A stretch of 35,408 nt of DNA from Eubacteriales bacterium (GTDB lineage: Bacteria > Bacillota > Clostridia > Oscillospirales > CAG-272), in the NCBI GenBank assembly GCA_045636245.1, contig JAZTXA010000149.1, forward strand, positions 1-35,408, written 5' to 3'. Below, in pieces: positions 6,645 through 14,737 of this stretch. Under the pieces are notes generated by a model. That model saw nothing but the letters and a program-made list of their open reading frames with translations, made no database searches and was not told the origin of the DNA. Positions within the stretch are counted from its first letter, which is position 1; each line of letters starts with the position of its first letter. A program made the translations under genes and the position numbers.

Positions 6645-7817
6645 TCAGTAAAGCAAATATTTAGCGTTATCTTTTTCAAATTTTTCAGCCTGTGATGTCC
6701 ATTTGTCCATTATCTCGTCAACCGTCAGAACACCGTCACGCACGTCCGTGTTGCCCGTGGAAAGGTCAATATGATAGTGCGCGCCTTCCTTTGCGGGCTG
6801 TCTGAATGCAAAATCATCGGGGTACATTTTTTGGAGTGTACGTATGATCGACACACCGAGGCGTATCGGATCAAAAGTATTTCTGTCATAAATATGAAGA
6901 TTTGCTCCGCACACAAGCTCATTGGGGTATTTGGAAAATTTGGGAATGAACAATGCAGGGGAAAATTTAACACCTGCAAGACCGAGGCAGTTAAGCTCAT
7001 TTGTGAATTTTATCGGATCTATATACGGTGCGCCGACTGTTGTAAAAGGTGTTGTCGTTCCTCTGCCTTCCGATGCATTTGTGCCCGAAAGCATGCACGT
7101 GCCGTTGTAGGCGACTATCGAATCCATTGTCGGCAAATTAGGGCTCGGTTTTATGAACGGTACACCCGTGTCTTCAAAATACATATCACGGCGCCAATTC
7201 TGAAGCTCAACTATATGAAGCTCACAGCCGAGATGATACTCACCGTTATAAAATCTCGCAAGCTCACCGAGTGTCATTCCGTGACGAATCGGCACAGATG
7301 TCATGCCTATGTAAGAGGAATATTTCATATCAAGGCAATTACCCGCAACTTTACCGCTTATCGGGTTCGGTCGGTCAAGCAAAACAAGCGGTTTACCTAA
7401 CTTTGCGCACGTTTTCATGGCGCAGAACAATGTCGAAGCATACGTAAAATAACGTGAGCCGACGTCCTGCATATCAAAAACGATCATGTCTGTGTTTTCA
7501 ATTGCATCCGATGCATCCGCCCCCTCGGTTTCCTTGCCCGGCGTTTCAAGTAGGTCTTTATAAAGACTGTACATCGGTATTCCCGTGTATTTGTCAACAC
7601 CGCCGTCAACCTTTTCGCCGGGACCGAGCGCACCCCATACGCCGTGTTCGGGGGCAAAAAGTGCCGTTACATTGAACGATTCCTTCATAATGTCAACGGT
7701 GAAACGGTAGTCAGATGATATACCCGACACGGCTGAAATAAGTCCGATGCGTCCCGATTTCAGATATTTATATATATTTTCTTCCTTGACTCTGTCAATT
7801 CCGACAAGCGTTTTCAT
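6645..7817 (-). CDS. DUF1343 family protein (YbbC/NamZ-like exo-beta-N-acetylmuramidase)
   Basis: 390 aa. LFAPEHGVWG and VFDMQDVGSRYFTYASTL are characteristic of DUF1343. The RBS is GGAGGC. It lies 2 nt upstream of the HAD gene, so the two form an operon. Confidence 0.8.
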   Translation of the reverse strand: MKTLVGIDRVKEENIYKYLKSGRIGLISAVSGISSDYRFTVDIMKESFNVTALFAPEHGVWGALGPGEKVDGGVDKYTGIPMYSLYKDLLETPGKETEGADASDAIENTDMIVFDMQDVGSRYFTYASTLFCAMKTCAKLGKPLVLLDRPNPISGKVAGNCLDMKYSSYIGMTSVPIRHGMTLGELARFYNGEYHLGCELHIVELQNWRRDMYFEDTGVPFIKPSPNLPTMDSIVAYNGTCMLSGTNASEGRGTTTPFTTVGAPYIDPIKFTNELNCLGLAGVKFSPALFIPKFSKYPNELVCGANLHIYDRNTFDPIRLGVSIIRTLQKMYPDDFAFRQPAKEGAHYHIDLSTGNTDVRDGVLTVDEIMDKWTSQAEKFEKDNAKYLLY

Positions 7818-7919
7818 AAGCGCCTCCGCATTCGTTTTTTGTAATTATACCCCATATGCGCGTATTTGTCAACCGAATGATAAATTTACATTTTATTCAT
7901 TATTTTTCATATCAATATA

Positions 7920-7948
7920 TTGCAAAGCAGGGGATTATATAGTATAAT
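7920..7948 (+). promoter_or_regulatory. Sigma-A type promoter for yajC
   Basis: TTGCAA, a 17-nt spacer, then TATAAT. Confidence 0.55.
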
Positions 7949-7980
7949 AAAAAGGCTATTTAATACGAAATTGGAGTTGT

Positions 7981-8295
7981 ATGGTAATGTTTAACAATCT
8001 TCTTACAGCGACAGCGGGCAATTCGGGACTTTTTTCAATAGTTCTTATCGTCGTGATGTTCGTTGTTTTCTACTTCTTTATAATCCGTCCGCAGAAAAAG
8101 CAGGAAAAAGAAGTTGCAAAAATGCTTGATGAGCTGTCTGTCGGCGATGAAATAACGACAATAGGCGGAATTATCGGCGAAATTGTCAGCATAAAGGACG
8201 AAACGGTGCTTATCGAATCTTCCCGTGACAGAACAAGAATCCGTATTCTTAAAGGCTCTGTCAAGAGTGTTGACGTAAAAGCGTCCGAAAAATAA
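7981..8295 (+). CDS. yajC: Preprotein translocase subunit YajC
   Basis: An N-terminal TM helix is followed by FIIRPQKKQEKEVAKMLDELSVGDEITTIGGIIGEIVSI, the typical YajC core. The RBS is GGAG. Confidence 0.9.
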   Translation: MVMFNNLLTATAGNSGLFSIVLIVVMFVVFYFFIIRPQKKQEKEVAKMLDELSVGDEITTIGGIIGEIVSIKDETVLIESSRDRTRIRILKGSVKSVDVKASEK

Positions 8296-8350
8296 TCATA
8301 AAAAAATTCCTCACCGAATATAATTGAAATAAAAAATTTCGGAGGGGAAA

Positions 8351-8812
8351 ATGAACAGTAATGACCGTGAAAACGGAAAAACAGTCACCAAAATTCTGAA
8401 AAACGGACTGATATCCTTGGGTGTTTCTTATGCTGTGTGCGCCGCTTTGGCGGTGCTGTGTACCGGATTTGCCATGATGACGGAGCATCCGAGGAGCATG
8501 GACTTTCTCGGTAAAATTATATTTTTCGCAGGATGCGCCCTGTGCGGGTTCATTTGCGGGAAAAAGACGGGAAAAAGCGGTCTTTTATGCGGTCTTTTTT
8601 CAGGCGGTGTTTACTGTCTTTTGGCAGTTTTGCTGTCGGCGGCGGTGTGTACGGAGGATAAGGGGCAGAATCTTATGATACCTCTTTTCGGCACCTTGGT
8701 GTCGGTCGTAACCGCTTGTGTCGGATGCATGGGCAAAGCACCCAAAAATTCCGCACCGACGGGAATAAAACAGAAAAAAGCCGTCAGGTATACCGGCGGT
8801 TACAATAAATGA
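8351..8812 (+). CDS. Small four-TM membrane protein (resembles the TIGR04086 / YrzE-like family)
   Basis: Four hydrophobic segments. The GFICGKKTGKSGLLCGLFSGGVYCLL pattern resembles that family from memory. It sits between yajC and the SCIFF genes. Confidence 0.55.
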   Translation: MNSNDRENGKTVTKILKNGLISLGVSYAVCAALAVLCTGFAMMTEHPRSMDFLGKIIFFAGCALCGFICGKKTGKSGLLCGLFSGGVYCLLAVLLSAAVCTEDKGQNLMIPLFGTLVSVVTACVGCMGKAPKNSAPTGIKQKKAVRYTGGYNK

Positions 8813-8833
8813 AAACCGAAAGGATATATTAAA

Positions 8834-8992
8834 ATGAAAAACGTAAAAACACTTAACAAGACAACATACGCAAAGAACTCTAAAGGTGCAGGCTGCGGAG
8901 AATGCCAGGCTTCCTGCCAGTCCGCTTGCAAAACTTCTTGCACAGTAGCTAACCAGAAGTGCGAAAATAAGAGCAAGACAGAAAGCAAATAA
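8834..8992 (+). CDS. scfA: SCIFF (six cysteines in forty-five residues) ribosomal peptide precursor
   Basis: Read by hand; it is under 60 aa and absent from the ORF track. The translation is MKNVKTLNKTTYAKNSKGAGCGECQASCQSACKTSCTVANQKCENKSKTESK. The RBS is AAAGGA. Its TAA overlaps the scfB ATG (TAATG at 8990-8994). Confidence 0.9.
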   Translation: MKNVKTLNKTTYAKNSKGAGCGECQASCQSACKTSCTVANQKCENKSKTESK

Positions 8993-10347
8993 TGGTACAT
9001 ATTTTTTGCCAGAACGGTTATAAATTGGCATTGGACAGCGAATCCGGCGCTGTCCATATTTTAAGCGATATTGCATACGCTATCCTCGAAAAATTCCCCG
9101 AGGGACTTCCCGAAAGCTTTGACGATATGCCCGAATTTGAGGGTTTTTCGGCTGATGACACAAAGGAAGCGTATGGGGAATTACGCACACTTTGTGATGA
9201 AGGCACCTTGTTTTCAGAGCCTGTAATAACAAAGCCCTTGAAGTACACCCCCGGTGTTTCACCTATAAAGTCAATGTGTCTTCACATTTCGCACGACTGT
9301 AATATGAGATGCCGTTATTGCTTTGCTGACGGCGGTGACTATAAGCGCGCCAGAGGTCTTATGAGCTATGAGTGCGGGTGCCGTGCGATTGATTTCTTGC
9401 TTGAAAAATCAAAGGGAATCAAGAACTTGGAGCTTGACTTTTTCGGCGGTGAGCCGCTTTTGAACTTCGACGTTGTCAAAAAGCTCGTTGCTTACGGCAG
9501 AGAAAAAGAGAAGGAATACGGCAAAAATATCCGCTTTACAATAACTACAAACGGTGTTTTGCTTGATGATGAATCAATCGCTTTTATCAATGAGCATATG
9601 TCGAATGCAGTGCTTTCCATTGACGGCCGCCGTGAGGTGAACGACTATATGCGCCCGCTTGCCAACGGTAAGGGTACGTATGACAAAATTCTTCCGCTTT
9701 ACAAAAAGCTGACGAAGGACAGAACAATGGATTGGTACGTCAGAGGCACGTATACAAGACGTAACCTCGACTTTGTAAACGATGTGCTTTGCCTTGCAGA
9801 CGAGGGATTTGCAAATATATCGGTTGAGCCTGTTGTACTCCCCGACGAAAGTGAGTTTGCCATCCGCCGTGAGGATCTGCCTGTGATATATGCAGAGTAC
9901 GATAAGCTTGCAGATGAGATGATAAAGCGTGAAAAAGAGGGAAGAGGCTTTACATTCTTCCACTTTATGATCGACCTTGATGCAGGTCCCTGCGTTTATA
10001 AGCGCACAAAGGGTTGCGGATGCGGTGCGGAGTACGTTGCGGTAACACCCAACGGCGATATTTACCCCTGCCACCAGTTTGTTGAGCATACGGAAATGAA
10101 GCTCGGAAACATTTTCGACGATACATTCAATGGCGAAATATCTTCATCGTTTGCTGATTGCAATATTCTGACAAACGAAAAGTGTAAGGAATGTTGGGCA
10201 AGATATTTCTGCGGCGGCGGTTGCTGTGCGAATAATTACAATTTCCACAAGGACATAAAAGAGCCGTATGAAATAGCCTGCGACCTTGAGAAAAAGCGTG
10301 TCGAATGTGCTATTGCCATCAAAGCGGCGCTTGCCGATACAGAATAA
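8992..10347 (+). CDS. scfB: Radical SAM/SPASM thioether-forming SCIFF maturase
   Basis: It has the CxxxCxxC radical SAM motif (HDCNMRCRYC) and a C-terminal SPASM Cys cluster (CGCGAEY ... CKECWARYFCGGGCCANN). It lies immediately downstream of the SCIFF peptide. Confidence 0.92.
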   Translation: MVHIFCQNGYKLALDSESGAVHILSDIAYAILEKFPEGLPESFDDMPEFEGFSADDTKEAYGELRTLCDEGTLFSEPVITKPLKYTPGVSPIKSMCLHISHDCNMRCRYCFADGGDYKRARGLMSYECGCRAIDFLLEKSKGIKNLELDFFGGEPLLNFDVVKKLVAYGREKEKEYGKNIRFTITTNGVLLDDESIAFINEHMSNAVLSIDGRREVNDYMRPLANGKGTYDKILPLYKKLTKDRTMDWYVRGTYTRRNLDFVNDVLCLADEGFANISVEPVVLPDESEFAIRREDLPVIYAEYDKLADEMIKREKEGRGFTFFHFMIDLDAGPCVYKRTKGCGCGAEYVAVTPNGDIYPCHQFVEHTEMKLGNIFDDTFNGEISSSFADCNILTNEKCKECWARYFCGGGCCANNYNFHKDIKEPYEIACDLEKKRVECAIAIKAALADTE

Positions 10348-10370
10348 TTGATAAAACATCTCAAATATCA

Positions 10371-10403
10371 AAACGGTGGAAAGTATATTTCCGCCGTTTT
10401 TTA
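10371..10403 (+). terminator. Rho-independent terminator after scfB
   Basis: AACGGTGGAAA-gtata-TTTCCGCCGTT followed by TTTTTAT. Confidence 0.65.
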
Positions 10404-10483
10404 TGTTTGCTGTAACACTTTCACAAATTATGATGTTGAAACTTGTGTAATATCACAAATTTTGGCAAAAGTGTCTACGTTTG

Positions 10484-10512
10484 TTGATAGGCGAAAGAAT
10501 TTATGTTATATT
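10484..10512 (+). promoter_or_regulatory. Candidate promoter for the secreted protein gene
   Basis: TTGATA, a 17-nt spacer, then TGtTATATT (extended -10). Confidence 0.45.
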
Positions 10513-10629
10513 CTAATTGTAAAGAGCATTTGTTTATAAGTTTAAAGCATGATGGGAGTGATACAGATGGCAAGTTTATCCGATGAATGTGCATTTAAAA
10601 TCAGTTTAGAAACGAAAGGACTTAAAGCT

Positions 10630-11373
10630 ATGAAAAAAATAATATCATTAATTCTTTGCATCGCTCTGTTTTCGCCCTTATTCTTAATATCTGCAAATGC
10701 TGATATGGCAATAACAAAAAGTGAGGCGGCAGAGCTTATTGATGAAATGTACAAGTTTAAAAAGCATACCATTCATACAGATACCGGGGACGTTTTTTTA
10801 GGCAGTCTTCCTTCCACCCCGATAACCGATGAGGCTGTCTATGAAAGCCTGTGTGAAATATTTAACTACAAATTTGAAATAGAACTTTTCTCACTGCTTG
10901 ACGGTGAATACGGAAAACTTTCCTTCTGGCACGAGTACATAAAAAAATTTATGTCTGATGATTACGTTGAAAATAATCTGGATCTGCATCACGGACTTAT
11001 TGAGCTTGATGATAAGGTATACACTATCGACCCTGCGTGCTATCTGGGAGCACCCGATTTTCCTCGTCTGTGCGGGTGTGACCTTCCGCTTGAAGACCAT
11101 ATAACATTGATAGATAACGATACTGTTTTGCTTGAAGCGCATTTTGACGGATATGAGCCGACAAAATACAGAATAGATTTTGAATATACGGAAAACGGCT
11201 GGCGTATCTCGGGCGGTGCAGGCGTGGAGCGTTTTATGGCAGGCTTTGTAAAATACGAAGTGCAAAACCCCGAAACGGGAGACGATGCGGTAATAATTAC
11301 CGTTTGTATGACAATGTTGGTTCTCGGTATTGCATACGGCGTAAACAAACGCAGATTTGCAAAGTGTGAGTGA
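10630..11373 (+). CDS. Secreted protein with a C-terminal sortase-like sorting signal (NPETG + TM + KRR); function unknown
   Basis: Start at ATG 10630 (MKKIISLILCIALFSPLFLISANA signal peptide) after AAAGGA. The C-terminus reads NPETGDDAVIITVCMTMLVLGIAYGVNKRRFAKCE. Confidence 0.7.
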   Translation: MKKIISLILCIALFSPLFLISANADMAITKSEAAELIDEMYKFKKHTIHTDTGDVFLGSLPSTPITDEAVYESLCEIFNYKFEIELFSLLDGEYGKLSFWHEYIKKFMSDDYVENNLDLHHGLIELDDKVYTIDPACYLGAPDFPRLCGCDLPLEDHITLIDNDTVLLEAHFDGYEPTKYRIDFEYTENGWRISGGAGVERFMAGFVKYEVQNPETGDDAVIITVCMTMLVLGIAYGVNKRRFAKCE

Positions 11374-11399
11374 TTTACGTATAAATCCGAATATGGAGA

Positions 11400-11475
11400 G
11401 CGCCCCGTCCGCACCCCCACAGTTTGTGCAACAAACTGCCTGCGGACAAGGGGCGCAGATTTTCGCAGGAAATCT
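11400..11475. repeat. GC-rich structured intergenic repeat, family A, copy 1
   Basis: The sequence is GCGCCCCGTCCGCACCCCCACAGTTTGtgcaacAAACTGCCTGCGGACAAGGGGCGCAGATTTTCgcaGGAAATCT. It forms nested hairpins and is homologous in order and motifs to 22150-22247. Confidence 0.6.
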
Positions 11476-11496
11476 ATTGATGGCTTAAATATAAGA

Positions 11497-11530
11497 AAGC
11501 AGGTGGGAAAATACCACCTGCTTCATTTTT
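11497..11530. terminator. Bidirectional terminator between the secreted-protein gene and thrS
   Basis: AAGCAGGTGG-gaaaata-CCACCTGCTT, with a T-run on the plus side and TCTTAT on the minus side. Confidence 0.6.
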
Positions 11531-13464
11531 TATTTTATAATCTTATTGTTATTTTCTTCAAGCGCGCGTGCCATGAATTCGGAAACGGTCATAACACCGA
11601 TGTCGCCTGTTCCTCTTTCACGTACTGCAACGGAATCGGACGTCATTTCCTTTTCACCGATAACGAGCATATAGGGTACTTTGTCAAGCTGTGCGGCTCT
11701 TATCTTGTAACCGATCTTCTCGTTTCTTGTGTCGCACTTAACACGAAGACCTGCTTTTGCAAGTGTCTTTCTTACGTTTTCAGCATATTCTGCCTGATCG
11801 TCGCCGATGGGGAGGATTCTTATCTGCTCGGGGGACAGCCAAAGCGGAAGTGCGCCCGCGTATTTTTCAAGCAAGTAAGCGATAGTTCTTTCGTAGCATC
11901 CGAGCGATGTTCTGTGAATGATGTAAGGATACTGCTGCTGACCGTTTGAATCTGTATACGTCATGTTGAACTGACGTGCAAGCATAAGGTCAACCTGAAT
12001 CGTTACAACAGTGTCTTCCTTACCGTGTACGTTCTTCATCTGAACGTCGAGCTTAGGGCCATAGAATGCCGCTTCGCCGACAGCCTCGGTAAACTCAAGA
12101 CCGATGTTGTTGAGGATATCACGCATAAGTCCTTCTGCCATATCCCATTCCTCGGGTGTGCCGATGTATTTTTCCGTATCGGCGGGATCCCACTTGGAAA
12201 GACGGTATGAAAGGTCGCCGATAAGACCGACATCTGTCATAACCTCTTTAAGAAGCTTTACGCAGTTCTTGAATTCTTCTTCAAGCTGGTCGGGACGGAT
12301 AACGAGGTGTCCTTCAGAAATTGTGAACTGGCGTACACGGATAAGACCGTGCATTTCACCCGAATCCTCGTTACGGAAAAGTGTTGATGTTTCGGCATAT
12401 CTTATGGGAAGATCCTTATATGAATGCTTTTCGGCAAGGTATACCTGATACTGGAAGGGGCAAGTCATGGGACGGAGCGCAAGCACCTCACCTTCAGCCT
12501 CGGGATCACCGAGGACGAACATACCGTCACGGTAGTGATCCCAGTGACCTGAGATCTTGTAAAGGTCGGATTTAGCCATAAGGGGCGTTTTTGTCATAAC
12601 ATAGCCGTATTCGTTTTCTTCCTTGTCCTGAACGTAGCGGTTAAGGATCTGGAAAAGCTTTGTGCCCTTGGGCATAAGGCAGGGAAGTCCCTGACCGATG
12701 TATTCGCTTGTTGTGAAATATCCAAGCTCTCTGCCTATCTTGTTATGGTCACGCTTCTTTGCTTCTTCAACTGCGGCAAGATAATCATTAAGCTCCTGCT
12801 TGGAGGGGAATGCAACGCCGTTGATACGCTGAAGCATCTTCTTTGATCTGTCGTTGTCATGGTATGCACCCGTGCACTGAATGAGCTTTACAGCCTTCAC
12901 AGCACCTGTTGAGAAAAGGTGGGGACCTGTACACATATCAACGAATTCGCCCTGACGGTAGAATGAAAGGATAGCATCGTCGGGCAGTGAGTTGATCTTT
13001 TCAACCTTGTAGGGCTGATCCTTCATAAGCTCAAGCGCGTCGGTGCGGGATAAAACGGAACGCTCGATCTTAAGGTTTTCCTTGATGATCTTGTTCATTT
13101 CCGCTTCGATCTGCTTCAAAATATCGGGGGAGAACGATGTTTCACAGTCGATATCGTAGAAAAATCCGTTGTCAGTTGACGGGCCCTTGTCAAGCTTTGC
13201 GTCGGGGAAAAGACGAAGCACAGCCTGTGCAAGAATGTGCGATGCCGTGTGACGGAAAATGAGCTTTCCTTCACGGTCAGCAAATGTCAGAAGCTGTATT
13301 TCGCAGTCACCGCTTATCGTCTGTGTAAGCTCCGCAGGCTCACCGTTTAACAAAGCGGCGAAGACCGTTTTGTCAATAAGCTCCGATGCTTTTGCGGCAT
13401 CGTAGATCGTTACGGGTGCGTCTGCTGAAAACGTCTTCCCGTTTGAAAATTTTACATTAACCAT
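11530..13464 (-). CDS. thrS: Threonine--tRNA ligase
   Basis: 644 aa, with the N-terminal TGS domain, the editing domain (HTASHILAQAV), a class II core and the anticodon-binding domain. It lies downstream of a Thr-type T-box leader. Confidence 0.95.
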   Translation of the reverse strand: MVNVKFSNGKTFSADAPVTIYDAAKASELIDKTVFAALLNGEPAELTQTISGDCEIQLLTFADREGKLIFRHTASHILAQAVLRLFPDAKLDKGPSTDNGFFYDIDCETSFSPDILKQIEAEMNKIIKENLKIERSVLSRTDALELMKDQPYKVEKINSLPDDAILSFYRQGEFVDMCTGPHLFSTGAVKAVKLIQCTGAYHDNDRSKKMLQRINGVAFPSKQELNDYLAAVEEAKKRDHNKIGRELGYFTTSEYIGQGLPCLMPKGTKLFQILNRYVQDKEENEYGYVMTKTPLMAKSDLYKISGHWDHYRDGMFVLGDPEAEGEVLALRPMTCPFQYQVYLAEKHSYKDLPIRYAETSTLFRNEDSGEMHGLIRVRQFTISEGHLVIRPDQLEEEFKNCVKLLKEVMTDVGLIGDLSYRLSKWDPADTEKYIGTPEEWDMAEGLMRDILNNIGLEFTEAVGEAAFYGPKLDVQMKNVHGKEDTVVTIQVDLMLARQFNMTYTDSNGQQQYPYIIHRTSLGCYERTIAYLLEKYAGALPLWLSPEQIRILPIGDDQAEYAENVRKTLAKAGLRVKCDTRNEKIGYKIRAAQLDKVPYMLVIGEKEMTSDSVAVRERGTGDIGVMTVSEFMARALEENNNKIIK

Positions 13465-13479
13465 TTTAATGTATCTCCT

Positions 13480-14037
13480 TTAATAATTTAATCCGTATAA
13501 TGTATATGTATCGGCAAATACCGAAGACTCAAATTCAGCCTTTGTATATTCGCACAAATAATAACCGTATGTTGTTGTAAGGTATACCTTTACCGTGTCG
13601 TTATTTTTCGGCACGTCAAATCGCATATTGCTTATGATCTTTTCAAATTTGTCAAGCTCACCGTATGACAATTCTATGGCTTCCTCATTTTTTGCAGTAT
13701 CGGCTGTCAAATGTTTTTTTTCACCGTTTGAAAAATATGCAACCACGTCTTTTCTTTCTGTCTCAAATGAATAAAAGTATGCAGGGCGGGACAGATTTTC
13801 GTAATCCGCAAGCTCAACGGTGATGCCGAGTATTTTTATAGGCGATTTTTCGCCGTCTTCGTTCGTTTCCTCGACGAGCCCATGGTCAAACTCGATTATT
13901 GAGCTTGTTTTGATAAGATTATATACTCTTGAAGGCGAAGAGGGAAGCGGGTATAAAAACTGTACGATCAACAGCCCTGCAATCAGCGCAAGCGTTATTA
14001 TACCGCATATTATAAGCGGTATTTTTGCATTTTTCAT
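13480..14037 (-). CDS. Membrane-anchored protein of unknown function; first gene of the T-box/thrS operon
   Basis: Start taken at ATG 14037 (MKNAKIPLIICGIITLALIAGLLIV) after AAGGAG. The track ORF start at 14157 would run through the T-box terminator. Its stop overlaps the thrS RBS. Confidence 0.65.
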   Translation of the reverse strand: MKNAKIPLIICGIITLALIAGLLIVQFLYPLPSSPSRVYNLIKTSSIIEFDHGLVEETNEDGEKSPIKILGITVELADYENLSRPAYFYSFETERKDVVAYFSNGEKKHLTADTAKNEEAIELSYGELDKFEKIISNMRFDVPKNNDTVKVYLTTTYGYYLCEYTKAEFESSVFADTYTLYGLNY

Positions 14038-14050
14038 TGAAAACTCCTTA

Positions 14051-14265
14051 AAAAATAAAACGCCCCGAGGAAAAAACTCCCTCGGGGCGGTAATTCCGCG
14101 GTTCCACCCGAACTTGTAACTTGAAACCCCTTTAACGGAGGCAAACCGTGCCGTCATTTCCTACGGCATTACAGCAGGCGGTGTCCCTTTGTTACATACC
14201 AAGAGCCTTGTTTCAGCAAACCAAGACTTCTCTGTGCGAGGATATAACGGGCTTCCTGCCGATAT
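14051..14265 (-). promoter_or_regulatory. T-box riboswitch leader (threonine-type)
   Basis: Four elements are visible on the minus strand:
- AGAGA bulge;
- F-box CCGTTA (plus-strand 14133-14138);
- T-box AAGTTCGGGTGGAACCGCGG (14096-14115);
- terminator CGCCCCGAGG ... CCTCGGGGCG followed by a U-run (14051-14089).
The candidate specifier is ACC (14180-14182), or alternatively GAA-ACA-A at 14209-14211. Both are Thr codons. Confidence 0.8.
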
Positions 14266-14271
14266 TTTTGT

Positions 14272-14697
14272 TTATTTTTTCTTTTTTAAATTGTACTGTG
14301 AACGGGGGTTGACGATCTCACGCCAATCAAGGTCGCCTCTTTCAAGTGCGCATATAAGCACCTCGGCTGTGGCAATATTTGTTGCAACGGGCACGTTGTG
14401 CAAGTCGCACATGCGTATTAAGTCGAATGCTTCATCTGTATTTGCCTCAGGCTTTGTATCTCTGAAGTAAAGAAGTACGTCTATCTCGTTGTATGCTATG
14501 CGCGAAGCGATCTGCTGTTCGCCTCCGTGTTGCCCCGAAAGCAACCTTTCGATTTCCAGCCCGGTAGCATCCGAGATGTATTTTCCCGTAATGCCTGTGG
14601 CACAAAGATTGTGTTTACTTAAAATACCGCAGTAAGCGATACATAGCTGTGCCATCAATTCTTTTTTTCTGTCATGAGCGATAATTGCTATTTCCAT
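14272..14697 (-). CDS. mgsA: Methylglyoxal synthase
   Basis: 141 aa. IAIIAHDRKKE ... LCATGITG ... GGEQQI matches the MGS-like domain signature. Confidence 0.88.
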   Translation of the reverse strand: MEIAIIAHDRKKELMAQLCIAYCGILSKHNLCATGITGKYISDATGLEIERLLSGQHGGEQQIASRIAYNEIDVLLYFRDTKPEANTDEAFDLIRMCDLHNVPVATNIATAEVLICALERGDLDWREIVNPRSQYNLKKKK

Positions 14698-14737
14698 AAC
14701 AACCCGTACCTTTCTTCACCTTGCGATGATATCCGTG

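Noticed and set aside
6771-7400. 209-aa plus-strand ORF inside the DUF1343 gene. Similar internal ORFs occur at 33732-34337 (catalase), 11503-11949 and 12104-12448 (thrS), 9574-10089 (scfB), 22855-23331 (IMPase-HAD) and 24339-24731 (trpB).
   Set aside because: All of them are antisense or out of frame within genes that carry unambiguous family motifs. Their Cys/Arg-rich compositions are typical of non-coding frames.
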